From: a virus
Taxonomy: Duplodnaviria > Heunggongvirae > Uroviricota > Caudoviricetes
IMG/VR virus record: IMGVR_UViG_2939521961_000009
Length of the DNA stretch: 64,000 nt
Strand: one strand, 5' to 3'
The translations under genes and the position numbers were made by a program. This document shows positions 51,470-60,266 of the stretch, piece after piece (the stretch's first letter is position 1; each line of letters starts with the position of its first letter). The notes under the pieces are model-generated. The model saw nothing but the letters and a program-made list of their open reading frames with translations. It did not search any database and had not been told where the DNA came from.

Positions 51470-52050
51470 CAGGCTTTACCCAACAGAATCCCCTTAATAC
51501 GGGACTCAAGCTGTTCACTCATCCCGTCCACGCCGCGCAGCTCGTCGGTGACGGCGTTTGCCATCTCTTCAGCAAATGCAGCCCGGATTTCTTTTTCACG
51601 CTTAATGCTGCGCTCGGCGGCACTTTCCGCACGCTGTGCTGACAGGAGGATGTCCTTAATAAGACGCATATCCACGTCGCTGTCACTGTTCAGGGATTCG
51701 GTCGCGGCACGCAGACGGCGGTACATCAGGGCGCGGGACATCTCCAGAATCAGCGCTGTGGTTTCACCGGTTGGCTTGTCTCCCAGTTCGGCCATCATGG
51801 CTTTTGTCTGCTCGCGTAAATCACGCAGGTTACGGGCAATCAGCTCATTACGGGAGGCTTCCCGGCTGATGGCCGCCGGTGAAAGCTGCTGCTCTTCCGG
51901 CAGGCCCGCCTCACGGATCAGACGGTTGATTTCCTCGCGTATCTGGACCTGCGTCAGACGTTTTTCACGCAGCATTTCCAGCAGTGGCTTACGGATGCTG
52001 TCGGGGAGCAAATCCACCTTGCGCACGCGTCCACGCGTCGGCTTGTCCAT
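51469..52050 (-). CDS. Putative terminase small subunit (Mu gp27-like)
   Basis: Position before large terminase; Arg-rich helical protein. Confidence 0.6.
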   Translation of the reverse strand: MDKPTRGRVRKVDLLPDSIRKPLLEMLREKRLTQVQIREEINRLIREAGLPEEQQLSPAAISREASRNELIARNLRDLREQTKAMMAELGDKPTGETTALILEMSRALMYRRLRAATESLNSDSDVDMRLIKDILLSAQRAESAAERSIKREKEIRAAFAEEMANAVTDELRGVDGMSEQLESRIKGILLGKA

Positions 52051-52052
52051 CG

Positions 52053-52343
52053 TTACCCCCTTGCGCGTGGTTTCTTCACACCCGGAACGCTGGCGCGACC
52101 TTCCGCCACATCCTGACCCCGGCCGGTCAGTTCGGCGATGAAATAACCGTTAACGAGCGTGCGCTTACGCACCAGTCCCTGCTCGGCAAGCCAGGCAATG
52201 TGGGTGTGAACGGTGTCGCGGGACACGCGGTGGCCGTAATCATCCAGACAGTCCTGGAGCACGGATTCACCCAGTTCACCGTTGTAATCTGCCAGCGACC
52301 GCAGAATGACCAGACGCTGATCTTCAGTAATGAAATCACTCAT
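52053..52343 (-). CDS. Mu gp26-like protein
   Basis: Position only. Confidence 0.5.
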   Translation of the reverse strand: MSDFITEDQRLVILRSLADYNGELGESVLQDCLDDYGHRVSRDTVHTHIAWLAEQGLVRKRTLVNGYFIAELTGRGQDVAEGRASVPGVKKPRARG

Positions 52344-52648
52344 TGCGTTTTTTTCCTTACAGCCTGCTCCAGCAGCAGTTCGTTCTGATAGGAGACAGAG
52401 CGGAGCGTGGCGTTCGTGGTTTTCAGTTCACCCCGCAGGGTCACGATTTCCACATTCAGACGGTTGACCTCGGCTTCTGTCGGCAGTGACGACAGGCGGG
52501 TTTCCACCTTCTCAACGCGGTCGGAGAGTTTTTCAAAGGCCTCGCGGGGGACAAACGTTTTGCGCATCAGCGCCATGAATATCCCGCCAGCGGTTGCCGT
52601 CGCCGAAAGGATCGGCACAACATAATCTTTAACGATGCTGACCCACAT
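52340..52648 (-). CDS. Mu gp25-like protein with N-terminal TM helix
   Basis: Position only. Confidence 0.5.
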   Translation of the reverse strand: MWVSIVKDYVVPILSATATAGGIFMALMRKTFVPREAFEKLSDRVEKVETRLSSLPTEAEVNRLNVEIVTLRGELKTTNATLRSVSYQNELLLEQAVRKKTQ

Positions 52649-52856
52649 GACGGGCCTCCATGATGTTCTGGCAGTTCACACAACGGATGGCATCCGGCAC
52701 AGCAACAAGACGTGCGGCGGGGATCTCTCCGCCACAGTCCGCGCAGACACGTCTGCCCGGAGCATCCATTGCCCGGCGCTTACGTGTCAGCCGGTTACAA
52801 AGGGCGCGTTCTGATCCCCGCTCCATCACAGCCTGAGCACGATCTGAATCATCCAT
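52629..52856 (-). CDS. TraR/DksA-type C4 zinc-finger protein (start taken at MDDSDRAQ)
   Basis: CADCGGEI...CVNCQ motif. Confidence 0.6.
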   Translation of the reverse strand: MDDSDRAQAVMERGSERALCNRLTRKRRAMDAPGRRVCADCGGEIPAARLVAVPDAIRCVNCQNIMEARHVGQHR

Positions 52857-52866
52857 ACCTTTTTCC

Positions 52867-53238
52867 TTACTTCGTCTTTCCTGCCGGAACAGCAGGCGTT
52901 CCGGCCATATCAGTAAATTCATGTTGTCGCCGCGCCTCCAGACGACGAATACTGGCCTTGTCCACGTTGCAGTTCTTGATCACCGCCAGCAGTTGCAGGT
53001 TGTAAGTGACCGATGCCCCAAACGTGAACGGCTCCGGCGCAGGAGGGACCAGGCAGTCAGCCAGCCATTCAGCGGGGATCGGCACCGGCTTCACAGGCAC
53101 GTATTTCACAGACGGCCCGGCGCACCCGATCAGCCACATCATCAGGAACAGGGGCAGAGGCCGCAGGCACTGCCGCCAGCGACCGGCGGACAACGCTCTG
53201 CTGCCCCTCGCTGTGCTGAATGTTCTGTTGTTTTTCAT
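52867..53238 (-). CDS. Candidate o-spanin lipoprotein (Rz1-like), Pro-rich, lipobox LIGC
   Basis: Overlaps the 3' half of the Rz-like frame, as in Rz/Rz1 pairs. Confidence 0.4.
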   Translation of the reverse strand: MKNNRTFSTARGSRALSAGRWRQCLRPLPLFLMMWLIGCAGPSVKYVPVKPVPIPAEWLADCLVPPAPEPFTFGASVTYNLQLLAVIKNCNVDKASIRRLEARRQHEFTDMAGTPAVPAGKTK

Positions 53239-53419
53239 TCGTGGCCGCCTCACTGATTTGTGAAATGAGTTGCAGGGTGTGCTGCTGATTTGCCAGCACC
53301 TGACGCGCCTCATCCCGCTCACGCACAAGCACCTGATTATTGTCTTCAAGGCGCTGCGTCTTCTGGTGCATTCCCCATATAGCGGCAACCAGTACAGCGA
53401 TAATCCCCAGCGCCGCCAT
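53069..53419 (-). CDS. Candidate i-spanin (Rz-like), N-terminal TM then coiled-coil; start uncertain
   Basis: Follows the endolysin; TM segment MAALGIIAVLVAAIW then Gln/Glu-rich helix. Confidence 0.45.
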   Translation of the reverse strand: MAALGIIAVLVAAIWGMHQKTQRLEDNNQVLVRERDEARQVLANQQHTLQLISQISEAATNEKQQNIQHSEGQQSVVRRSLAAVPAASAPVPDDVADRVRRAVCEIRACEAGADPR

Positions 53420-53531
53420 GCACGCCCCGGCAATCAGGGCCGGTAAGGCATTATTCACCGCAGCCACAGGACACCCCGTAACAGCAGTACCGCACACAGC
53501 AGCGCTATCATGAGCGGTCGCCAGAAGCGGT

Positions 53532-54032
53532 TCAGACTTTCGGCAAGTCGTAGCGACATAACCATTCATCCGCCGAACGGCGGGCCTCAAGGCCGGGGAG
53601 TTTCACCCCCTTTGAATAAATCCAGCGGATATACTGCTTACAGGACGCGGGCATCTGCCCGGCATTGATCAGGCGCAGAAGCGTGGAGTTGCGAAAGTTC
53701 GTTTCACCGGCCCAGAAGATCCACGAAGCCAGCGCCACCGTCTGACCACGGGTAAGCGGCACCTGAACACGCCGATCAATGGCCGCAAAGGCCCATTTCA
53801 TGTCCTTTTCCAGTAGTTCCAGGCATTCTTCATCTGTCAGGGTCATACCCGGTTTCACATCCGGGCCGGTATGGCCGTAACAGATGGTGGGTGTACCGGT
53901 GGGATCGATATACGTGGAGTTTTCTTTCCCTTCCCAGTAACCGGTGTAATGCGTGGCAATCGTGAACGTCCCGGCACCGGCCAGAACAAGGGCAATCAGC
54001 TTTTTACGCAGTGGTGCGGGGAGTTTTGGCAT
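53532..54032 (-). CDS. SAR endolysin (lysozyme family with N-terminal signal-anchor)
   Basis: N-terminal hydrophobic LIALVLAGAGTFTIA followed by lysozyme-like domain. Confidence 0.8.
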   Translation of the reverse strand: MPKLPAPLRKKLIALVLAGAGTFTIATHYTGYWEGKENSTYIDPTGTPTICYGHTGPDVKPGMTLTDEECLELLEKDMKWAFAAIDRRVQVPLTRGQTVALASWIFWAGETNFRNSTLLRLINAGQMPASCKQYIRWIYSKGVKLPGLEARRSADEWLCRYDLPKV

Positions 54033-54103
54033 TGTTACGCTGTCTCATGATGTTCTCTGAGTCAGCGTAACGGTGAAGGAGAGGCGGCAGGCTTTGCGGA
54101 ATA

Positions 54104-54529
54104 TCAGAAAAGTGGCGGTTGCGTTCTTGCCAGATGCAGACGGCGCTGTTCGCGTATGACGGTATAAATCTGGGTTTCTGACATCCGGTAATGGCGGCGA
54201 AGGGATTCAATTTTCTCGCCCCGGTCCCAGCGCGAAAATATCTCATTGTTTCGCAGCTCGGCAAAGAGAGATTCCCCGACCGGCAGGTAATAACCCCGTC
54301 CGCCCATATAGGCTGCCTGAGCCGCAGCCACCTTGCGTGCCAGTTTACCGGCCAGTACCGGCTCAATCCCCTGACGCTGAAGTTCTGCGCCGGTGACTTC
54401 AACCAGTTCTGACAGGGTCCGCGGCCAGTTCTTTTTGAGAACATCATCAGGGATGTCATCAAGGCGGTCGATAAGGGCGTGCAGTTGCTCACTGTCACCA
54501 CCAAACATGCTCATCTGAGTTTCTGCCAT
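54104..54529 (-). CDS. Mor/C-family transcriptional activator
   Basis: C-terminal region matches recalled Mor/C pattern (GGRGYYLP...HTH); sits before lysis genes. Confidence 0.75.
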   Translation of the reverse strand: MAETQMSMFGGDSEQLHALIDRLDDIPDDVLKKNWPRTLSELVEVTGAELQRQGIEPVLAGKLARKVAAAQAAYMGGRGYYLPVGESLFAELRNNEIFSRWDRGEKIESLRRHYRMSETQIYTVIREQRRLHLARTQPPLF

Positions 54530-54598
54530 ATCAGCCTCCGGTTCTCGCGTTCCCGGTAAGTTTAAAATAAAAATCCCGCGTTGTGGCGGGATTTGGAG

Positions 54599-55108
54599 TT
54601 AACGGGGAAGTGATTTTTCATACTGCCTGCAAACGGCGTCATACCCCATCAGCGTGCGTTCGGGCATTCCCATCGCGGCCAGCATTTTGCGGCGGTGCCA
54701 TCGCTTGAGACGCTCCAGCACATCTGAGGCCAGGGCGGGGTGTTGCTCCAGCCACTGCCAGTTTGCCACACCTTCGCCGCCGTTTTGCGCGGCCGTCTGC
54801 GATTTCACCCAGCGGTTAAGGGCGGTTTCCGCACCATCGGTGATAAAGCCCTGCCGGTGCATCACCTTCCAGATGGCGCGAATTTTGGCGGTCACCGTAC
54901 CCGGTTTTAAGGCCCGGTTAACCGGGTTCTGACGCACTTTAAAACCGCGTTTTTTGAAAACATCCAGCACGCGGGATAACTCATCCGGTGACATATCCCG
55001 GCAGCTGGTTTTGCCGGTGGCTGCCAGCAGCGCGGATGTATAAGTCTCATCATCCAGGGCAAGCTCGCGCTTTGCCACATGAATGGCGGATATCAGTTTT
55101 CCTCTCAT
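54599..55108 (-). CDS. GemA-like early protein
   Basis: Position immediately before Mor/C as in Mu; size 169 aa. Confidence 0.6.
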   Translation of the reverse strand: MRGKLISAIHVAKRELALDDETYTSALLAATGKTSCRDMSPDELSRVLDVFKKRGFKVRQNPVNRALKPGTVTAKIRAIWKVMHRQGFITDGAETALNRWVKSQTAAQNGGEGVANWQWLEQHPALASDVLERLKRWHRRKMLAAMGMPERTLMGYDAVCRQYEKSLPR

Positions 55109-55401
55109 ACCGTATTTACCTTTTTACGGACATGGAAAGCCTTTTCTGCCTCATCCCACCGGGCATGGTGTGTTGGTGGAATAATCATTATGTGCCAGCC
55201 ATCTCTGGTTGTTATCCGGCAGAAAAATTCACCGCTATATAACACAATGGCCTGCTGAATGAGCGCATCAGCCGCCCGTTCAACCGGATGTCTTTTATCA
55301 AAAAAGCAGATGATTTTTCGACATAACCACCGGGTAATAACAAATGCGCCGAAAAAGGATGTGATATATAAGCACCAGAACAACAGAGAACTATTGTCCA
55401 T
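55105..55401 (-). CDS. Hypothetical membrane protein, 98 aa
   Basis: N-terminal TM helix; Mu-like early accessory region. Confidence 0.45.
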   Translation of the reverse strand: MDNSSLLFWCLYITSFFGAFVITRWLCRKIICFFDKRHPVERAADALIQQAIVLYSGEFFCRITTRDGWHIMIIPPTHHARWDEAEKAFHVRKKVNTV

Positions 55402-55588
55402 TATCTTTCTCCTTATTCAGTCTTCTGCGACATTCGGCACAGTCATCAGGGCTTTCAAATGTATCCGGCTCGCGATTATGAGCCAGATATAACCACCGCC
55501 TACATATACTGATATTATCGCCAGTTTTAAAAAAATGATGCTTCTTAGCCATCAGAGGGCGCGCCCATCCAGCGGGTAGACTATTCAT
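55391..55588 (-). CDS. Hypothetical Cys-containing small protein, 65 aa
   Basis: ORF in operon register. Confidence 0.4.
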   Translation of the reverse strand: MNSLPAGWARPLMAKKHHFFKTGDNISICRRWLYLAHNREPDTFESPDDCAECRRRLNKEKDNGQ

Positions 55589-55955
55589 TTGCTTTATCCT
55601 CCATACTGGACAAAATCATCTGTATTAATGTCGGGCGTGGAGATATACGCATTTCATTAAGCGTCTGAAGGGCAGCAACAGCTGCCTGTTTATCGGTGCC
55701 TTTGGCAATTTCCGCAAGAGAATGCACAATCCATAACGGACTTAACGCCACGACTGAATCCAGAATCATGTCATCCATAATAATTTCTGACACATCCCGC
55801 TTATCACATTCCTTATCCATAAAAGAAACGATTTTTTCCACATCTTCCGGTTTCATGCCTCCGGCGATAAGAAATTTGCGATACTCATAAGACGATCTTA
55901 ATTCAATACTCATATTCATCTCCTGTAACTCTGACAAGGACGTGATTTTTCTCAT
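55581..55955 (-). CDS. Hypothetical protein, 124 aa
   Basis: ORF in operon register; preceded by 177-bp gap containing the G10 tract. Confidence 0.45.
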   Translation of the reverse strand: MRKITSLSELQEMNMSIELRSSYEYRKFLIAGGMKPEDVEKIVSFMDKECDKRDVSEIIMDDMILDSVVALSPLWIVHSLAEIAKGTDKQAAVAALQTLNEMRISPRPTLIQMILSSMEDKANE

Positions 55956-56082
55956 TTATGTTTTCCAGTAATACGGATATATATGTCGATAAGAAGATTC
56001 ATAATAAACAGGAAGAGCGACATCCTGATAAAGAACCAAATATCTGGCATCATGGACAGGTTTCCTGTAATCGCAAATATAA

Positions 56083-56092
56083 CCCCCCCCCC
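56083..56092. repeat. Homopolymeric tract C10 (G10 on the coding strand of the operon)
   Basis: Read directly: aaCCCCCCCCCCaacacc. Confidence 0.9.
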
Positions 56093-56132
56093 AACACCGG
56101 AACGAAAATTGCGAAAAATACAAGTCTCTTTA

Positions 56133-56684
56133 TCATGGCGTTAACTCCCGTAATACAGCGTCCTCGGCAGTCCGGCGATGGTGATAAATAAAATTCACCG
56201 TACTCTCGGATAATTCAAATTTCTCGCCTATTTCCCGGAAGGTAAGACGTCGTGGTGATTCAGCATCCCGTAATTCACGAATAAGATGAACATCATCGTC
56301 AGGTATACGGGTGAAGGGCAGCAATTCTCCGTATTTTTTCATGCTTACGCCAATATATCGCGCCCGATTGTGGACAGAATCCCGGTCTCGCCCCAGATAT
56401 TCTCCTATTTGCTTACCGGTCATCGTTCTGGCATTTTTTCGGATAAATTTATCTTCATCATGTTTAAATCTTGGACGTTTGCATTTGAGCAACTCCGGGT
56501 AAGTACCGCGTAATAAAACAATCCGGTTATGTACACCCCAGAAACTTCTTTTTACCCTGACAGCAATATCCTTAACCGGGGTGGATGGATAAAGCGCAAT
56601 CAGCAGCGCATCTTCTTCAGGTGTCCACGCACGGACATGAGCAGGTGCCTGACCTTTTCGCCCCATGGGTTGTAAAATCATCAT
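56133..56684 (-). CDS. Hypothetical DNA-binding protein with Myb/SANT-like motif (WTPEEDALL) and two HTH-like segments, 183 aa
   Basis: Motifs read from translation. Confidence 0.5.
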   Translation of the reverse strand: MMILQPMGRKGQAPAHVRAWTPEEDALLIALYPSTPVKDIAVRVKRSFWGVHNRIVLLRGTYPELLKCKRPRFKHDEDKFIRKNARTMTGKQIGEYLGRDRDSVHNRARYIGVSMKKYGELLPFTRIPDDDVHLIRELRDAESPRRLTFREIGEKFELSESTVNFIYHHRRTAEDAVLRELTP

Positions 56685-56687
56685 ACA

Positions 56688-57203
56688 TCACCCCCTGACT
56701 CGCTTTTCAGCAGCATAAAACTCATCAGACAGAATTTCGGTCATTTTCTGATTTGCGGGTTTTACGCCGCACTCAAGGTAAATCACATCGTCAACGCAGA
56801 ACCACTTCACAGGGCCAAACATGATTGCCGAGAAATCAATACCCAGCCAGAACAACAGTGCATCGGTTCTGGCATACGTGACGGGCGAATATTCACGCCA
56901 CAGACTGTTAAGTTCGTCAGAGGCAACGCGCAGGGCTTTGGGAATACGTGATGTGCGCGGTGTGCAGCTCCAGCCATTCGACGCAGTCGGTTTTCGCCAT
57001 AAGTCGCGATGAAAAGGATATTTGTCATCCATAAAGCGCAGCCCTTTAAAACAAAAGCCACTGATACCGGATACAAATACCGACCGGCACGCAACATTCA
57101 GCACGGCCTCAAGGCGTTTTGCCTCATCCTTAACTTTCTGGCAGTCCTGCTGATATTTTTGCCACGCGGCCAGCGCGGAAGGGTTTGATGTTTTAAAGAA
57201 CAT
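56688..57203 (-). CDS. Hypothetical protein, 171 aa
   Basis: Start overlaps upstream stop; operon register. Confidence 0.45.
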   Translation of the reverse strand: MFFKTSNPSALAAWQKYQQDCQKVKDEAKRLEAVLNVACRSVFVSGISGFCFKGLRFMDDKYPFHRDLWRKPTASNGWSCTPRTSRIPKALRVASDELNSLWREYSPVTYARTDALLFWLGIDFSAIMFGPVKWFCVDDVIYLECGVKPANQKMTEILSDEFYAAEKRVRG

Positions 57204-57736
57204 TACGCCACCTCCGCAGATATCCCGGCAGGCGCGGCCGTCCGGTCAACAATCAGGTAACGCAGAACGCGCGAGGTGATATTCCAGCCGCTTAAACCGC
57301 AGATAATGACACCCAGGCGTATGTCGATATACGCCATCACAAACTGGGGCACGCCTTCTTTCATGGCCTGCTCATCAACTTCAGCCACCACATAAACGGT
57401 TTCACAGGTCAGAACGCCCTGAGCAAATTCCCACGCCATTGACGGAATATCATGCCCCTCAATCCACGGCAGGGATTTTCTGAAGCTGCACCACTGAACA
57501 TCATCAGCCGCACCTTCCTGGCTGCATTTGCGACGAACCGGCTGCACCGGGCGGGGACGCGGAATATCATAAAAACCGTTACATTCCGTCAGCACCCCGG
57601 CATCGACCGCATCACGCAGAAAATAAACCATCGAGGATGGCGGCATATTCATTTTTTCAGCCAGAATGCCGCAGGTCAGACGCCCGTAAATACTCAGCCA
57701 GTTTTTAACCCCTTCAAGCACTTTTGCATCAATCAT
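57203..57736 (-). CDS. Hypothetical protein with possible N-terminal winged-helix, 177 aa
   Basis: Operon register. Confidence 0.45.
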   Translation of the reverse strand: MIDAKVLEGVKNWLSIYGRLTCGILAEKMNMPPSSMVYFLRDAVDAGVLTECNGFYDIPRPRPVQPVRRKCSQEGAADDVQWCSFRKSLPWIEGHDIPSMAWEFAQGVLTCETVYVVAEVDEQAMKEGVPQFVMAYIDIRLGVIICGLSGWNITSRVLRYLIVDRTAAPAGISAEVA

Positions 57737-57739
57737 GAA

Positions 57740-58282
57740 TTATTCCTCCGTCAGCGCCACATATTCAGAATGTTTAATCTCCTGGCATTCTTCAGGAATA
57801 CCCCCTTTTATTTCCCTGCCATAAGCGCCTACTTTAAACACCACGCACAGGGCATCACGGGAGAGCGACGGGGTCCACCAGGAGTCCATGTTAAACATGG
57901 AGGGGATTCTCATTACCCCCAGCTTTTCACAGAGCCAGACAAGGAAATCAGGACGCTTTCTTAACTCGCGTTCAGCGGCTTCAATCATTGCGGCAATCGC
58001 CGGTCCTTCAGGGCATGACTCATCAGGTCTGGCAATAAAGCACGGTCCGTCCCCGATAAAAGCCACATCATCGCGCTTACGCCAGCCCGCAGGCAGAGCA
58101 CCAGAAAAATAAAACTCACTGATTACGTCCATGGCAAACGGCTTTAAGCGCAATCCGGCAGCGCCTGTATTTTTCAGTAATGCCCGAAGAATACTGTTGC
58201 GTAGCGGTAAAACAGTCTGTTGATATTTGGTGAAATATTTATTTGTCTGCACACGGTCTAATTTGAAATAAAAATATGCCAT
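57740..58282 (-). CDS. Hypothetical protein, 180 aa
   Basis: AAGGAACAGG RBS before the ATG; first gene after gam. Confidence 0.45.
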   Translation of the reverse strand: MAYFYFKLDRVQTNKYFTKYQQTVLPLRNSILRALLKNTGAAGLRLKPFAMDVISEFYFSGALPAGWRKRDDVAFIGDGPCFIARPDESCPEGPAIAAMIEAAERELRKRPDFLVWLCEKLGVMRIPSMFNMDSWWTPSLSRDALCVVFKVGAYGREIKGGIPEECQEIKHSEYVALTEE

Positions 58283-58379
58283 ATATCCTGTTCCTTATTT
58301 TCAGTTTACAGGCGCAGGCAGTCCCCTGACGCGAGCGCCATACTTAAAACGATGTGATATTTAAAGATTTAATGCGGTG

Positions 58380-58910
58380 TTATTTATTCAGTCCGGCGTC
58401 CTGTTCAAAAGGCTCGACATAAAAACTTTCAGCGCCTTTATTCACCTTAATACCGGCAATGCCTTTCACTGCATCCGGCTCCGCCAGGACCGCTTCCTTG
58501 TTCACTTCCTCTTTCGTGCGGATGAATCGCTCAAGCCCCATACGGCGCAGCATTTCAATCACACCTTCCACATCACGGCTGACGCTGCATGATGGATTTC
58601 CCAGCCGCCATGATACTGTTCCGGTGGTCAGATTGGCTGTTTTGGTTTTGCCGCCGTTCGTCAGCTCATCGCGGTTGGTTTTGCACCAGTCCTGAATCCC
58701 CTTAAAAAGCACTTTGATTTCTTTTTTAAGGTTTTCAATCTGCGGCGTATAACGGGCGGTGATTTCTGCCACTTCATCATTCATCGCCGTTTCCAGCCGC
58801 AGCGCCTCTCGCTGAATATCGCCCAGGGTACGGATATCGCGGCTGACTTCTTCGCGGGTCTGCGGTGCAGCCTCGGCTGCGGCCTTTAATTTTGTAACAC
58901 GTTTAGCCAT
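58380..58910 (-). CDS. gam: Gam host-nuclease inhibitor (Mu Gam-like), 176 aa
   Basis: Close match to recalled Mu Gam (…LETAMNDEVAEI…DELTNGGKTKTANL…FIRTKEEVNKEA…). Confidence 0.85.
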   Translation of the reverse strand: MAKRVTKLKAAAEAAPQTREEVSRDIRTLGDIQREALRLETAMNDEVAEITARYTPQIENLKKEIKVLFKGIQDWCKTNRDELTNGGKTKTANLTTGTVSWRLGNPSCSVSRDVEGVIEMLRRMGLERFIRTKEEVNKEAVLAEPDAVKGIAGIKVNKGAESFYVEPFEQDAGLNK

Positions 58911-58921
58911 TTTGTTTTTCC

Positions 58922-59215
58922 TTATTGCAGTGTGCCTGATGCTTTATGCACGCGGTGGCGTTTAATGATGGCATCCGCCCCAAAAGCCTGTACAGATGCC
59001 TGAAATTCCGCTGAGAGAAACTGAATAATTTCAGGACTGTGATACTGGAGAATACTTGCATAAACGTCACAGAGTGACGTCGGCCTGTTATTCGTATCAC
59101 GTTCTGTTTTTACATCCACACCAATCTTTTCATGCACTTCAACACAGTCATTGCCTGCCGGTTTTTCGTCATGCGAAACATGCTTAAATTCAAAAATAAC
59201 GCGTACTTTGCTCAT
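58922..59215 (-). CDS. Hypothetical small protein, paralogue of the next gene (start taken at MSKVRVIFEFKHV)
   Basis: Shared N-terminus MSKV.R.IFE.K with the adjacent ORF. Confidence 0.45.
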   Translation of the reverse strand: MSKVRVIFEFKHVSHDEKPAGNDCVEVHEKIGVDVKTERDTNNRPTSLCDVYASILQYHSPEIIQFLSAEFQASVQAFGADAIIKRHRVHKASGTLQ

Positions 59216-59219
59216 GGAA

Positions 59220-59492
59220 TTACCCCTGCTGATTAAATTCATTACCTTTAATAACCCCGGAACGCATGCTCATATCTTTCATGAGCGCACTGGCTTTCAT
59301 TGCCACAAGTTCAGCAAAGTCTCTGCTTTCCGCGAGCATAACCACCCCAAAAATCATGGCGGGTCCATCACCTTTCTGCTTTATCCCGGTTGAACGTATG
59401 TCCAGACTTACCCCCATGCGCACTGTTCCATCAGCGTTTTTATGGATAACGTGCTCCTTGTATTCGAAAATAATGCGTACGACTTTACTCAT
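59220..59492 (-). CDS. Hypothetical small protein, 90 aa, paralogue of the previous gene
   Basis: Shared N-terminus; tandem arrangement. Confidence 0.45.
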   Translation of the reverse strand: MSKVVRIIFEYKEHVIHKNADGTVRMGVSLDIRSTGIKQKGDGPAMIFGVVMLAESRDFAELVAMKASALMKDMSMRSGVIKGNEFNQQG

Positions 59493-59770
59493 CCTCTGGT
59501 CCTCGTTCTGTTTGGATAACTGACCCGGCGTCTGACCTCACGGCAGAACCGAATCATGGCATTAAAGGCTTCTTCCTCCGTCACCGCTTCCGGTATCCCC
59601 GGAACCAGTAACTGCTCCTGTTCATCACGTCCATGACGCGCCATAACCTCAATCACATGCCGTACCGTGGCAGGCTTTCCGGCAACTATCGGCAATGCAC
59701 CTTCCGGCAGGACGTAACCAAACTCAATAAGACCACTCGACCACGCCCATGCAATGAGATTTTTTTTCAC
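59489..59770 (-). CDS. Hypothetical protein, 93 aa
   Basis: Operon register. Confidence 0.45.
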   Translation of the reverse strand: MKKNLIAWAWSSGLIEFGYVLPEGALPIVAGKPATVRHVIEVMARHGRDEQEQLLVPGIPEAVTEEEAFNAMIRFCREVRRRVSYPNRTRTRG

Positions 59771-59771
59771 C

Positions 59772-60038
59772 TCACACCTCCCAGTAAACCGTGCAGCCGC
59801 TGATGCGGGTGGCCTTCACACGGCGGCGCAGGCCGTTGGTCTGTATGGTGATTTCAATTTCACCGGTTCCCTGCACGTTGCCTACCGGCGGCGTGGTTTT
59901 CAGTGCAAAACGTTGCGGATAGCGCTTACTGCGTTCCAGTACCGCACCGGCAAGTTCGGTCAGACGGCGCGCGCTGTTCAGGGAGTCGAATAAATTCATT
60001 TTGTTACCGCAGGATTGCATATTCATATAACACCTCAT
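59772..60038 (-). CDS. Hypothetical protein, 88 aa (start uncertain)
   Basis: Operon register. Confidence 0.4.
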   Translation of the reverse strand: MRCYMNMQSCGNKMNLFDSLNSARRLTELAGAVLERSKRYPQRFALKTTPPVGNVQGTGEIEITIQTNGLRRRVKATRISGCTVYWEV

Positions 60039-60266
60039 TTAGCTGACTTGTTTCGCACCAACAGAACGGCATATTCCGCTGTAAACGTCTGTCGCACCTT
60101 CGCGATCAAGTCCGGCAGATATCACCATTCGTGTGCGGTCATTAAATTCAAAAAGAAAATCGCCACATTCTTTATTTTCGGCCAGTGAAATCACCTTCAC
60201 GTTATCGAAATTAACCAGGTAAAAGCGTCCGTAAATATCAGGAATATTAAATACCGCCATAATCAC
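60039..60266 (-). CDS. Small protein at the position of Mu kil, 75 aa
   Basis: Immediately downstream of B, overlapping its stop; assignment is positional only. Confidence 0.4.
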   Translation of the reverse strand: MIMAVFNIPDIYGRFYLVNFDNVKVISLAENKECGDFLFEFNDRTRMVISAGLDREGATDVYSGICRSVGAKQVS

